Counted from the stretch's first letter, positions 27,678-38,223 are shown. The stretch: 64,000 nucleotides of DNA from Candidatus Magasanikbacteria bacterium RIFCSPHIGHO2_02_FULL_48_18 (GCA_001784285.1 MFQC01000001.1:29780-93779), one strand, 5' to 3'. Program-made: numbers and translations. Notes: generated by a model not told the origin, from the sequence alone.

Positions 27678-28808
27678 TCATTGGCGCGTTTCTTGAATTG
27701 GCGCATCGGATAGCACATCGGCCTCTCCCGGCCATTCATAATTTTGAAACGCCCACTCTGCCGCATCGCGCGCTTCGGTAAAGCGCGCCTCATGGCTATG
27801 GGCGCCCAATACCACCACATCCACCGCATGATGATTGTCATCCGATACTTGAACGGTCAAATTATATAACGCGGCAGGAATATAACCGGTCTTGCCGCCG
27901 GCAATTTCAGCAAAATTATTTTCAATCCATCCCAAAAGCAACCAATTGGTATTCCAAATATGGTGACGCACGTTGCGCTCTTTGGAATACAGCGTCACTT
28001 CCCGAATGGTGAGCGCGTCATAAATTTTTTTTTGCGACAAAGCTTCTCTCAAGAGAAGTGCGACATCGGAAGCGGTGGAGACATTTCCCGCAGAGAGGCC
28101 GGTGACATCCACGAACATTGTGTCCGCCATCCCCAATTCGAGAGCTTTTTGATTCATACGCTCAATAAATGCCTCTCTGGTCCATTCCGTTGAGTCGGCA
28201 AGCGTGGTAATGGCTTTGTTGGACGATCCAATCAGGGCGGCCTGCCACAATTCATCACGGGCATACGTGTCGCCCGCGTACATGTGCGTATCAATAAGCT
28301 CGTCCGAAACCACGGAAAGAGGCGCCGACCAATCAAGGGAGTGCTCCAATAAGACAAGCGCGCTCATGAGTTTGGTCATGCTCGCGATAGGCCACGGTTC
28401 ATACTCGTTTTTCTGATATAACACAAACCCGGTCGCGTGGTCTTTGACCAAAAGCGACCGAGCGCTGAGCGTGTCGGGAGAAAGCCAGGCTCCTTTGAAC
28501 GCCGGCAAAGACGGCGCGACGCTGATTGGACGCTCGACCGCCACGTCGCCGCCCTCCTCGGCGGAAACGTTTTCGAGCGCGCGAACCGAAAAATTTTTTA
28601 ACGGCGCGGCAATGCCGTCCGCGCGAAAAAATATCTGGTTTCGCCACACCGTCCCAACAATGACAATCCCAAAAACCACAAAGAGCGCGGCCAAATTCCG
28701 CCATTTATTATGAAACGATGATTCACTATATTCGGAAATATGATCAGAAAGCATACAATGGTTATTCTTCCTTTGGCGGGATAGAATCATGGGCAGACAA
28801 AACGTCAA
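27678..28808 (-). CDS. dacA: D-alanyl-D-alanine carboxypeptidase (S11 penicillin-binding protein family), membrane-anchored
   Basis: SxxK motif IASMTKLMSALVLLE, SGN-like SSN (GSSNKAIT), and KTG motif GKTGYIPAA. N-terminal TM. An alternative start MLSDH at 28754 would avoid overlap with scpB. Confidence 0.75.
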   Translation of the reverse strand: MTFCLPMILSRQRKNNHCMLSDHISEYSESSFHNKWRNLAALFVVFGIVIVGTVWRNQIFFRADGIAAPLKNFSVRALENVSAEEGGDVAVERPISVAPSLPAFKGAWLSPDTLSARSLLVKDHATGFVLYQKNEYEPWPIASMTKLMSALVLLEHSLDWSAPLSVVSDELIDTHMYAGDTYARDELWQAALIGSSNKAITTLADSTEWTREAFIERMNQKALELGMADTMFVDVTGLSAGNVSTASDVALLLREALSQKKIYDALTIREVTLYSKERNVRHHIWNTNWLLLGWIENNFAEIAGGKTGYIPAALYNLTVQVSDDNHHAVDVVVLGAHSHEARFTEARDAAEWAFQNYEWPGEADVLSDAPIQETRQ

Positions 28809-29292
28809 AATTGGGAAGCTCAGACGTGTTCGTTACTGCAAGCTGGCGCAACGCTTCCATGGAAATATGATACACAGGGAGGAGTTCGCTATCGCGCTCT
28901 TTTTCCTCAACAAGACCGCGAATCATCAAATTTCGTATGATGACCGCGCAATTGACGCCGCGAATTTGTTCCAATTCCGGCCTCGTGATGGGTCCTTTAT
29001 ACGCAATCACGGTCAGACTCTCAAGCTGAGCTTTGGTCAGTTCTCCGGCAATCTCATCCTTTAAAAATAATTCGGTTGTTTCATAGACACCAGGATTTGT
29101 CGCCATTTGTACCGTTCCGTCCTGGAAAAGAATATGAATACCGGATTCCGGCGTATTGTGCATGACACACAGATCCTGTATAACTTTTTCCACCGACAAA
29201 GGATCGGCGCTGAGCGCGCGGGCGATATCGTTGACGCCAAGCGGCTTTGAGGCGACAAATAAAATGGATTCAATGCGAGGTTTGAGTGACAT
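28762..29292 (-). CDS. scpB: segregation and condensation protein B (ScpB)
   Basis: MSLKPRIESILFVASKPLGVNDIARAL...LEQIRGVNCAVIIRNLMIRGLVEE (tandem winged helix). Start set at MSLKPRI. Confidence 0.75.
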   Translation of the reverse strand: MSLKPRIESILFVASKPLGVNDIARALSADPLSVEKVIQDLCVMHNTPESGIHILFQDGTVQMATNPGVYETTELFLKDEIAGELTKAQLESLTVIAYKGPITRPELEQIRGVNCAVIIRNLMIRGLVEEKERDSELLPVYHISMEALRQLAVTNTSELPNFDVLSAHDSIPPKEE

Positions 29293-29293
29293 A

Positions 29294-30991
29294 TTATTCG
29301 ATACGAAATGCCATAAGCTGTTCTCCCGTATAATAGACAAGAAATATATGGTTGCCGGTTTTTTGAAATGCCTGAACCGCATCTTCTGAAAAAATAACTG
29401 AAATCGATGTCCCCGTGTGATTTGATTTCTGAAATTCGTGCAATGCGGCCGTCAAAAATTCATTTGCATATGTTGGAAAACCGGTAAACATCCTCTCTTG
29501 GCTATTTTCTTTTGGGGACAATACAATGGCATGCGGATCACATTGCCGCGCGGCCACATATTCTCCCGGGGAAGACTCTTCCGGAAAAAATGTATACATC
29601 GGGATGCGTTCACCTTTGGGCCTCTCCCTTCCGGCATTGATTGCAATGGCTTCTCGAATGGCATTTCGAAATACCTGCGCCCCTCCCAAAGAATCAGGAA
29701 GCCCCACAAAAAAAACGGCATCATTTTCTTCTATGCCAAGGGCCTGATACTGGCTCGTTATGCCCGCCGCCATCTCCCCGGCTCTCTTCCACACGATATT
29801 CTTTTGAAACAAGATATATCCGCCAAGAATCGCGAGAACAGAAAAAACTATTCTGCCAATGACGCGTCCGTGTTTTGAAATTTTCTCAAAAAGAACAGTA
29901 CAAAAAAGAACAAAAACAGAGACCGCAAATACGGACGGAAGATACGTATACCTCTCCCCTTCATTATTCCGTGGATTGAGGAGAAGATTCAAAAAAGGGA
30001 GTGACACCAGTATATAGGAAAATCCCAAAAAGACAAAACCGCGCCACGCACATTTTTTCCTGACGAAACAAAAAAAGAATAAGACAAAAAGAATACATGC
30101 GGCGATTGGGAGAACAAAAAGGATATGATCCATAAAAATGGCATACAGGCGTCCCCGCAATGGAAAATCCAAAAACAATGATAGGGCAAGCGCTATCCCT
30201 TGGCGTCCATATTGGAGTAGATCAAAAGACAGCTCGGCCTGCCCATAATACCCAAAAAGCACCCCGGTCGCGTATTGGCGCACCGCGAGATAGGCGCCTA
30301 TAATACCAAGAGGCGCAAGAAAACGCAGAAGGATATTTTTGCACTGAACAAAAAAAGTGTTCACTGTCCACTGACGAAAAATCGCTTCAATAAGGAAAAA
30401 AACAGCAAGAAATGTAATCGCAATTTCTTTTACCAAAAGCGAAAAAATGATACTGAGGAGAGAAAAAATGTAATATCGTTTTTTCCCCGATTGGAAGAAG
30501 AGAAAATAACACATAATCCCCACCATATACCCAAGCGTTCCCAACAAATGGGGCACGGCCGCAATCCAGCTGACCGCTTCGCTGTGCGCCGGAAGAACCC
30601 CAAAGAGAAGAGCCGCAAAAAAGCTCGGCTCTTTTTTCTTGGTTAAAACAAAAAAAAGCGCAAAAACCGTGGAAGATACAGCAAGATGGAGTATAACGGA
30701 AAGAAGATGATACGGAAAAGGATGGCGTCCAAAGAAAAATACTGCCACGGTATACCAAAGATTCAAAAACGGGGCATACGCTCCTCCTTGTCGAGATCCA
30801 AGATAATTGGTGGAAAAATAATGCCATACCCCCGACTGGCGCATGGTGTTATAGACAAAATCGTAATCATCGCTTAAAAATCCCGCAAAGAGCGCAGGAA
30901 AATACACCACTCCGACGACAACAAAAAATAAAATGCCAAGCAAGAGGACGGAATGTTGAGAGAAAAAATGTCGTGTCTTCAAAAATGCCAT
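29294..30991 (-). CDS. large polytopic membrane protein, GT-C-fold glycosyltransferase-like (ArnT/PMT/YfhO-like), inserted between scpA and scpB
   Basis: At least 12 predicted TM helices across 565 aa. An acidic DDYDF motif follows the first TM (GT-C-like first-loop acidic motif). No soluble domain is recognisable. Confidence 0.4.
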   Translation of the reverse strand: MAFLKTRHFFSQHSVLLLGILFFVVVGVVYFPALFAGFLSDDYDFVYNTMRQSGVWHYFSTNYLGSRQGGAYAPFLNLWYTVAVFFFGRHPFPYHLLSVILHLAVSSTVFALFFVLTKKKEPSFFAALLFGVLPAHSEAVSWIAAVPHLLGTLGYMVGIMCYFLFFQSGKKRYYIFSLLSIIFSLLVKEIAITFLAVFFLIEAIFRQWTVNTFFVQCKNILLRFLAPLGIIGAYLAVRQYATGVLFGYYGQAELSFDLLQYGRQGIALALSLFLDFPLRGRLYAIFMDHILFVLPIAACILFVLFFFCFVRKKCAWRGFVFLGFSYILVSLPFLNLLLNPRNNEGERYTYLPSVFAVSVFVLFCTVLFEKISKHGRVIGRIVFSVLAILGGYILFQKNIVWKRAGEMAAGITSQYQALGIEENDAVFFVGLPDSLGGAQVFRNAIREAIAINAGRERPKGERIPMYTFFPEESSPGEYVAARQCDPHAIVLSPKENSQERMFTGFPTYANEFLTAALHEFQKSNHTGTSISVIFSEDAVQAFQKTGNHIFLVYYTGEQLMAFRIE

Positions 30992-30996
30992 CTGTT

Positions 30997-31695
30997 TTAC
31001 GCAAGCTCAATGACAATATCATTGAATATTCCTTCTTGGCGCAAAAGCACGGATTCTGACTTCATCAATTCCAAAAGCGCCAAAAAACTGACAATCATAT
31101 TTGTTTTGTGTTTTTCAGGCCCAACAACATCAAAAAATGTCAGCCGTTTTTTTGCCTTAAGGAGCGTCTGAATATCCATAATTTTTTGTTTGAGCGAGAT
31201 AGCTCGGTCAATGGTGGCTATGGGGAGCGCCTTCAAGGGCTTGAGGCGCCACAGCACCGCTTCCATCGCACGCGCCAATGAATCCGGAGAAACATTGGCC
31301 GGCCACACAAACCCCGGCGGCTTCCGCGGCGGCTCTATGCGGCTATACGACCGCCGAGGATCGAGCCAGCGCTTCTCCACATCTTTGCTTGCCTTTTGAA
31401 AGGCTTGGTACAGGCGAAGCTGTTCTTCAAGGCTCTGCTCGTCTTGTTCTTCCGGGAAAAAATGCGGCAAGAGAGACTGCGATTTGAGCAAAAGCAATTT
31501 TGCGGCAACCACCAAAAAGTCGGCCAATTGAACAGGATCGAGCCTCTTTTCCCGTTCCACAAACGCCATATACTGTTCGGTAACGCGAGAAAGCGCCACA
31601 TCGCTCACCGACATCTTTTTTTCTTGAATTAAAGACAGCAAGAGATCGAGCGGGCCGGAAAATTGCTCCAACGTGATTGTCGTCGGCGTCGGCAT
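30997..31695 (-). CDS. scpA: segregation and condensation protein A (ScpA)
   Basis: LEQFSGPLDLLLSLIQEKKMSVSDVALSRVTEQYMAFV is the ScpA N-terminal signature. Length 232 aa. Confidence 0.8.
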   Translation of the reverse strand: MPTPTTITLEQFSGPLDLLLSLIQEKKMSVSDVALSRVTEQYMAFVEREKRLDPVQLADFLVVAAKLLLLKSQSLLPHFFPEEQDEQSLEEQLRLYQAFQKASKDVEKRWLDPRRSYSRIEPPRKPPGFVWPANVSPDSLARAMEAVLWRLKPLKALPIATIDRAISLKQKIMDIQTLLKAKKRLTFFDVVGPEKHKTNMIVSFLALLELMKSESVLLRQEGIFNDIVIELA

Positions 31696-31697
31696 AG

Positions 31698-32813
31698 TTA
31701 GAACGTCAAAGAAAATTCGAACAAGGAACCGTTGTGACTAAGGAGAAGATTCCGGTCTCCATGATCGGCAATAAACAGCTCTGTTTCCTCTTCGGTTGAA
31801 TCAAACGAAACAAGCGGTTGCCACGATAATCCATCACGAGAAAACAGCACGCCATAGGACAGACGCTCATGGTTCGTGTTGTTTTCCACATGCGTTGCGG
31901 CGTAATAACGTCCTTCTTTTTCCATCATACTATAGATATATCCCGGCCATCCCGAGGGCGGCGTCCAAACATCCACAGTCTCTCCGGTAGAAAAATTATG
32001 CCAGGCAATGCCAAATCCACCCACCCGATCCGCACCAAGAAATACACCATCCATTCCCGCGTCAAACATATGCGCGGTAAATCCCTCATTCCATATCGGG
32101 GTCCACGCATCTTCTTGATTATTCCAACAAACACCGTACCGGTCAATATCGCCTGTTCCGACGCACACGGCGCTGTCGGGTCTTACAAAGACGTCATGAA
32201 GATGCCGCATGCGAAACCGATCGTCCCCTTCCGCGTACGGCAGGGCGCTATCGGGAAATTCTTGTGAAAAATTTTTCCACAGCATCCATGAATTTCCATC
32301 ATCTTCACTCCGATAGAGATACGGCTGATTATGCGACCATAACGCCGCATACACAAGACTGCCCGGGCCATCTGCCATACTCCAAAACACGCCAACGTCC
32401 TCAGTAACGATCTGCCACGTACGTCCATAATCTTCTGAACGGTACAATCGGGCAGGCGCGTTACTGTTGTAATAGAGGACGCCTTTTTGATTTAAAAAAA
32501 TATGTCCGGTAAAAAAAGTCCCGTCAGAAACGCGCAAACGCTCATGAAACGTATTCTCCCCATCAATTTCCCACACGCCGTGTGAGCCGTCGCCCAGTTT
32601 TGCGACAATAAAAATTCTTCCATTTTTTGGATCAGAAACCATTCTCCCAACCGCATCAATGTCCGGTGGAAGCGATACAAACAGCGGCTTTGCGGGCGCA
32701 TCCGGCGCAGGATCTTTCTCAAGAGAGATGCGTTTTTGAAAGAAAAAAAACCATCCGACCGCGAAAAAACAAAGAAAAGAAACACTCAACGGCAGAATGA
32801 CATTTTTTTTCAT
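31698..32813 (-). CDS. membrane-anchored BNR/Asp-box repeat beta-propeller protein
   Basis: TM VILPLSVSFLCFFAVGWFFFF. Asp-box repeats YRSEDYGRTWQIV and YRSEDDGNSWMLW. Start set at MKKNVIL. Confidence 0.5.
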   Translation of the reverse strand: MKKNVILPLSVSFLCFFAVGWFFFFQKRISLEKDPAPDAPAKPLFVSLPPDIDAVGRMVSDPKNGRIFIVAKLGDGSHGVWEIDGENTFHERLRVSDGTFFTGHIFLNQKGVLYYNSNAPARLYRSEDYGRTWQIVTEDVGVFWSMADGPGSLVYAALWSHNQPYLYRSEDDGNSWMLWKNFSQEFPDSALPYAEGDDRFRMRHLHDVFVRPDSAVCVGTGDIDRYGVCWNNQEDAWTPIWNEGFTAHMFDAGMDGVFLGADRVGGFGIAWHNFSTGETVDVWTPPSGWPGYIYSMMEKEGRYYAATHVENNTNHERLSYGVLFSRDGLSWQPLVSFDSTEEETELFIADHGDRNLLLSHNGSLFEFSLTF

Positions 32814-32844
32814 ACACTTTTTCTCCAGGTTCTCCAGGCACGAA

Positions 32845-33792
32845 TTATTCCCCCGCTTTTGGCACGCGACGGATTGGCTGAGTGGAAACGTCTTCATCCA
32901 TCTCCGCCGGAGGAACCACCACAACGCGGCCGTTCACTTCCCCGTACGCGGCAAAAAATGTTGAACAGCGTTTTCGTGTTTTTTCAATATCCATGAGGGC
33001 GCTCACCACTCCCGCATCGGCTCTCGCCGCTTCCTCATCTTGGAGAATGAGCTCCCGAGCTCGATCAATTTCCTGAGAGAGAACGACAAATTGCTCACGC
33101 AACCCTTCAATTTCTGACCGAAACGCGCCTTTGTTCTGACGAAATTCCAAGCCGCCTTCTTGCACGGCATCAAAAGAGCCCTGATATCCTTCCACTTGCG
33201 ACGCGAGAGATTCCAAAACAGGCTGAACGCGGCCAATATAGCCAAGAATATTCTTGACTCGATCGTTGATGAGCGCATCTTGACTGCTTTGAAATCGGGT
33301 CCCCCCAACACCGCCAAGCTCCAAATCACTCAAACGACGCTCTGATTCTTCTCTCAGCGCCTGTACCGGACTCTTGACCTCGGCCGTCTGAGTGCGAGAT
33401 TCCTTGGCGTTATTTTTTTTCATCCTTCCTTTCTGTTCTCTTCGAAGCGCATTAAGCTGAAGCGCAACCATTTCATATGGTGTCTTTTTCCATATATCAA
33501 GCGACATCGGAGCTAACAATCCTTCTCTGGTTGATACCGCACCGCCTTCCGCTTCACGTTTTACAGCCGCGGCCAAAAGGATATTAGCCAGTTTTGTTAT
33601 TTCTTGAGTCAACTCTTCATCACTCAAACTCTCCGGGTCTCTCCGTTCAAATGCGAGAGGATCAAAAACATCTCCCCCAGAAGAAGCGGTCGGAGCGGAC
33701 CCCTGCTCTGGCGGTTTGCGTATAAACCAATCCTTCAATCCTTGAAAAAACCCTTTTTCTCCAGCCATAATAGTCAATAACATTATAAACAA
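32845..33792 (-). CDS. hypothetical coiled-coil protein
   Basis: Charged helical sequence with no recognisable domain. The start is ambiguous (M1, M4 or M9). Confidence 0.4.
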   Translation of the reverse strand: MFIMLLTIMAGEKGFFQGLKDWFIRKPPEQGSAPTASSGGDVFDPLAFERRDPESLSDEELTQEITKLANILLAAAVKREAEGGAVSTREGLLAPMSLDIWKKTPYEMVALQLNALRREQKGRMKKNNAKESRTQTAEVKSPVQALREESERRLSDLELGGVGGTRFQSSQDALINDRVKNILGYIGRVQPVLESLASQVEGYQGSFDAVQEGGLEFRQNKGAFRSEIEGLREQFVVLSQEIDRARELILQDEEAARADAGVVSALMDIEKTRKRCSTFFAAYGEVNGRVVVVPPAEMDEDVSTQPIRRVPKAGE

Positions 33793-35550
33793 TTATTCAA
33801 CGACCTTAATATGCAATTCTTGCAACTGTTTGTCCGTGACCTCGCTCGGGCTACCGGTCATCGGTTCTTCAGCTTTTTGATTTTTTGGAAACGGGACGAC
33901 AGCCCGGATATTTGACTCGTTCAGCAAAAGCATGGCGAGGCGTTCGATACCCGGCGCAAAACCGCAGTGCGGCGGTGCGCCAAACTGAAACGCGCGGATC
34001 ATGTGCCCAAATTTTTGATCCACGTCTTCTTTGGCGTATCCGGCGATACGAAAGGCTTCATACATTACTTCCGGATCTTTATTTCGAACCGCGCCGGACG
34101 ATAATTCCAACCCATTGGCAATAATATCGTACTGAAACGCCAAAATATCGAGCGGGTCTTTGGTTTTGAGCGCGTCAAGGCCACCTTGCGGCATGGAAAA
34201 AGGATTATGCCCAAAATCGATTTTTTGCTCCTGTTCATTCCATTCATACATGGGAAAATCCACCACCCAGACCCAGGCGATACTGTTTGAATCGATGAGA
34301 TTGAGTTTTTCCGCCGCACGCTGGCGCACGGGTCCAAGCGCGCTACACGACACTTTCCAACTATCCGCCACAAAAAAGAGAATACTGTTTTCTTGCGGCA
34401 GGGAAAGTGTTTCACACAACGCGCGAAAGGCATCTTTCGAAATGAGTTTTGCTATACCGCCTTCGCACATGCCGTTGACAATCTTGGTCCACGCCAACCC
34501 TTTGGCATGCGCGCGTTTCGCCAAATCAGTAAATTCATCATCGATTTCTTTTCGGGTAAACCGATCGCCGCCGGAAACCACGAGCGCGCGAACCATGTCG
34601 GCATTCTGAAAAATGTGAATATTGCTTTCTTTGGCCCATGCGGTCACATCCGCAATCGGCAATCCAAACCGCAAATCCGGACGGTCGCTACCATAGGTTT
34701 CCATAATGGTTTTATAGGGAATCCTGGGGAACGGTTTTTGAAGGACTTTTTTGCCCGCGAGTTCTTCCGTTAACCCAATAAACAGCGGCTCCATGAGCAT
34801 AAAAAACTCATCTTGGGTCATAAAACTGACCTCGCAATCGAGCTGGTAAAATTCACCGGGTGAACGATCCGCGCGCGGATCTTCGTCGCGCATGCATGGC
34901 GCAATTTGATAATACCGGTCAATGCCCGCAACCATCAATAACTGTTTGTACTGTTGCGGCGCCTGCGGCAACGCATAAAATTTGCCCGGATGCAAACGGC
35001 TCGGCACGAGAAAATCTCTCGCGCCCTCCGGGGAAGAAACGGTCAAAATGGGCGTCGCGGTGTTCATAAAGCCGCGATCTTCCATATAGTCGCGAATATA
35101 TCGTTCCATTTTCGCGCGGAACAACATATTGTTTTTCAATTTTTCCCTTCGCAATTCAAGAAACCGATACCGAAGCCGGAGTTCTTCATCTTCTTCTCCT
35201 TTGTTTGTTTCAAAAATTTCAAACGGCATGGCCATGGCTTCGCTCAGCACATCCGCGCGGGTTGCCATAAGCTCAATAGTTCCGGTTGCAAGCCCGCTAT
35301 TTTTTGTCTTTTCTTCTCTTTCCCGAACCTTGCCCTCGACACGAATAACATACTCGTACTTGAGCAATTCCGTGACTTCAAAATTTTCAACCACGTCAGG
35401 ATTGAAAACGACCTGCGTTATGCCATAGCGGTCGCGAAGATCAACAAAAACAAGCCCGCCCAAATTTCGGCGACGATGAACCCAGCCCGAAAGAATAGCG
35501 TTCTCCCCGGCATGGGTGTCTCGCAATTCGCCGCACGTATGTGTTCGATA
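33793..35550 (-). CDS. aspS: aspartyl-tRNA synthetase
   Basis: MYRTHTCGELRD start. OB fold FVDLRDRYGITQVV. Class II motifs QAPQQYKQLLMVAGIDRYYQIAPCMRDED and GFAPGIERLAMLL. Confidence 0.9.
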   Translation of the reverse strand, partial: YRTHTCGELRDTHAGENAILSGWVHRRRNLGGLVFVDLRDRYGITQVVFNPDVVENFEVTELLKYEYVIRVEGKVREREEKTKNSGLATGTIELMATRADVLSEAMAMPFEIFETNKGEEDEELRLRYRFLELRREKLKNNMLFRAKMERYIRDYMEDRGFMNTATPILTVSSPEGARDFLVPSRLHPGKFYALPQAPQQYKQLLMVAGIDRYYQIAPCMRDEDPRADRSPGEFYQLDCEVSFMTQDEFFMLMEPLFIGLTEELAGKKVLQKPFPRIPYKTIMETYGSDRPDLRFGLPIADVTAWAKESNIHIFQNADMVRALVVSGGDRFTRKEIDDEFTDLAKRAHAKGLAWTKIVNGMCEGGIAKLISKDAFRALCETLSLPQENSILFFVADSWKVSCSALGPVRQRAAEKLNLIDSNSIAWVWVVDFPMYEWNEQEQKIDFGHNPFSMPQGGLDALKTKDPLDILAFQYDIIANGLELSSGAVRNKDPEVMYEAFRIAGYAKEDVDQKFGHMIRAFQFGAPPHCGFAPGIERLAMLLLNESNIRAVVPFPKNQKAEEPMTGSPSEVTDKQLQELHIKVVE

Positions 35551-35603
35551 CATAAAAAAGAGTAATTCTTGCGGAGGTAGTGTATCAAAAAAAAGGCCGC
35601 CAT

Positions 35604-36923
35604 TCAAGAGGAACTCCCTATTCGTACCCGATCATCCAGCCCGTACTCCTCCTGCAATATCCTGTACCGATCACGAGACAAAAATTCGGTAAATCGATCC
35701 TGCAAATAAAGATCCAAGGCTTCACCGGTCTCGTCCAAAAAAACAGATTCAGGAAACGGAATATTATCCGGCCGTTTCAAATGAGTGAAGGCATCCGCAA
35801 ATGCGCGCCGGTATCCTTGCGATTTTTCAAAAAATGTCTTCCGTTCTTCCCAGCACCATGGCAGAACGGCGTGAGACACGGATAAAATATATACCCCATC
35901 CATGGTATAACGGATGGTGCCGGAAAAAAATCCGGTTCGATTCATTTTTTCCCAATCTTTTACGCGCTCTATAGAACGGGTCACGGCAACGGCCGCTCCT
36001 GTTTCCACAAATTCTCTCCGCGCGTTTTCTTCAGAAGAAAGCGAGGATTGCCCCGCGTCCTTTTTTTCTTTATCCAAAACCGCCGGTGTTTTGGTATCGC
36101 TCCGCTCATGCATGCCGGCGGGCTCCTCCGCCTCTTCGTCCTCCTCGTGCCGGCCATCCCTTTCCTCCTCTCCTTCCTCTCGTTCCATTTTGTCTTTTAC
36201 AAGATCCCGCTCGGTCGTTTTCAAAAAAACAAGCAGATGTTCAAGCGCCTCGATTCTCTTTTCCTGAGGATCTTCAGCGGTTTCCGCGTCCTTTTTTTCC
36301 GATGGCGCCAAAAATAAAACAAAAAATGAATCAATACATTGGCCGCTTTTCTCACGCACCGTCTCATGCAGAGCAAGAATGTCCGCGGTTCTCTTATACC
36401 CCGCGCTGTGTTGAGCGCTGAGCTCTTGTTTCAAGGCTTCCAAAGCGGAAAAAACTGCCAAAAATCCCGCCGCTTCACGCGGATAGGTTTTTTTCAATTG
36501 TTCAACAGCGTCGGCCGGCTTCAATGCTTCATCATCCGCGTCTTCTTCGGATTCATGAAGCGGAAACAGCCGCGCCATGTATGTTTCAAGAAAAGCCAAT
36601 GGCCCGCGAAACGCCAACAAAGCGCGTTCTTCTTCGGTTTTATCCCCCATCTCAAGCGCATACAACGCGTCAAAATCGGCCGCATCCCCGGCCTTTGCTT
36701 TTTGATACGCTGTTTCAATTGCTTGGAAAAATCCCTCATCATCAATATGATTGGGCTCGCAGGCAAACAAAAATTCCTGATACTTTTGCGCCAATGCAAC
36801 TTCCTCTCGTTTTTTTTCCTCTTCTCCAGAAAACATATCAGGGTCATGTAAACCAAAGGTCTCCTCGTCAGGAAGAGGTTGAGATGCATCATGCCGAGCG
36901 GTATGTTCAGGAGAATCATTCAT
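35604..36923 (-). CDS. hypothetical highly acidic (Glu/Asp-rich) cytoplasmic protein between aspS and asnS
   Basis: A 440-aa ORF from MNDSPEH with no TM and no recognisable domain. Long acidic stretches (EREEGEEERDGRHEEDEEAEEP). Confidence 0.4.
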   Translation of the reverse strand: MNDSPEHTARHDASQPLPDEETFGLHDPDMFSGEEEKKREEVALAQKYQEFLFACEPNHIDDEGFFQAIETAYQKAKAGDAADFDALYALEMGDKTEEERALLAFRGPLAFLETYMARLFPLHESEEDADDEALKPADAVEQLKKTYPREAAGFLAVFSALEALKQELSAQHSAGYKRTADILALHETVREKSGQCIDSFFVLFLAPSEKKDAETAEDPQEKRIEALEHLLVFLKTTERDLVKDKMEREEGEEERDGRHEEDEEAEEPAGMHERSDTKTPAVLDKEKKDAGQSSLSSEENARREFVETGAAVAVTRSIERVKDWEKMNRTGFFSGTIRYTMDGVYILSVSHAVLPWCWEERKTFFEKSQGYRRAFADAFTHLKRPDNIPFPESVFLDETGEALDLYLQDRFTEFLSRDRYRILQEEYGLDDRVRIGSSS

Positions 36924-36930
36924 AAGACGA

Positions 36931-38223
36931 CTACGGACGAACCCGATTGATAAGACGCGGAAACGGAATGGTTTCTCGAATATGTTCAACGCCGCAAATC
37001 CATCCCACCGTGCGTTCAAGTCCCAACCCAAAGCCGGAATGAGGGACCGACCCATACTTTCGCAAATCCAGATACCATTGATATTCCGGGCCTTTCAGCC
37101 CTTCCTTTTCAATCGCGGCCTTGAGTTTTTCATAATTATCTTCGCGCTCGGAGCCGCCGATCAATTCTCCTGATCCCTCAATGCCAATAAGATCATTATT
37201 CAATACCAAATCCGGATTTTCCGGATCTTGTTTCATATAAAATGGTTTGATGGATTTTGGCCATTTGTGAATAAAAACAGGGAGATCCGAATCTTTGGTC
37301 AGGAGCCCCTCATCGTCGTTCCCCAAATCTTCTCCAAATTGAATATCAGACCCCAACTCACGGAGTTTTTGGATTGCGTCCGCATAGGTCAAACGCGGAA
37401 ATGACGGCTTTATTTTTTCCAATGGTCCAATGGGGCGTTCCAATAGTTCAAATTCCATCCGGCATGTTTCGAGACATCGTGTGACGATAAAACAAAGCAT
37501 GGCTTCCTGAATAGCCATGCTTTCTTCATGCTCAACAAACGCCGCCTCCGCGTCCATCATCCAAAATTCGGTCAAGTGTCTTTTGGTTTTGCTTTTTTCG
37601 GCGCGGAATGTCGGGCCAAAATCAAATGCCCGGCCAACCGACATAATGGCGGCCTCAAGATACAGCTGGCCTGATTGGGAAAGATACACTTCGCCTTCGT
37701 CAAAATACTCAATTGCAAAAAGCGTGGTCGCCCCCTCGCAGGCATTGGGTGTTATAATGGGCGTGTCAATTTTAATAAATCCTTGCTCGTGATAAAAATC
37801 ATACACTGCCTGAATAACGACATCGCGAACACGCTGAATGGCCCATTGTTTTTTGCTCCGAAGCCAAAGATGGCGGTGATCCAAAAGAAAATCCGGCCCA
37901 TGCTCTTTTTTTGAAATAGGATATTCCTCTGCCAACTGAACAATTTTTATGTTCGATATCTGGAGTTCCACTATCCCCTCTTTTTTTGGATGCTCTGTAA
38001 TCTTTCCTATCACTTTGACTGATGATTCTTGAGTTAATTTTTCCGCGTTTTCCCATACTAAAGCAGAAACTCCATTTTTGACGACAATTCCCTGCACAAA
38101 GCCCGACCCGTCCCGAAGCTCCAAAAACGCAATCGAGCCTGACGAACGCTTGTTATAGAGCCAACCCTTTATCTCCGCTTCTTCACCAATATGGTGCACC
38201 ATGTGTTCAATACGTATTTCCAT
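36931..38223 (-). CDS. asnS: asparaginyl-tRNA synthetase
   Basis: OB fold [15 protein letters not shown]. Class II motifs [21 protein letters not shown] and [15 protein letters not shown]. Confidence 0.9.
   Translation of the reverse strand: MEIRIEHMVHHIGEEAEIKGWLYNKRSSGSIAFLELRDGSGFVQGIVVKNGVSALVWENAEKLTQESSVKVIGKITEHPKKEGIVELQISNIKIVQLAEEYPISKKEHGPDFLLDHRHLWLRSKKQWAIQRVRDVVIQAVYDFYHEQGFIKIDTPIITPNACEGATTLFAIEYFDEGEVYLSQSGQLYLEAAIMSVGRAFDFGPTFRAEKSKTKRHLTEFWMMDAEAAFVEHEESMAIQEAMLCFIVTRCLETCRMEFELLERPIGPLEKIKPSFPRLTYADAIQKLRELGSDIQFGEDLGNDDEGLLTKDSDLPVFIHKWPKSIKPFYMKQDPENPDLVLNNDLIGIEGSGELIGGSEREDNYEKLKAAIEKEGLKGPEYQWYLDLRKYGSVPHSGFGLGLERTVGWICGVEHIRETIPFPRLINRVRP

Noticed and set aside
36339-36925. 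Plus-strand ORFs 36339-36851 and 36524-36925 inside the acidic hypothetical gene
   Set aside because: They are antisense to a long uninterrupted minus-strand ORF flanked tightly by aspS and asnS. Their composition is Arg/Phe/Leu-rich, typical of the reverse frame of Glu-rich coding sequence.
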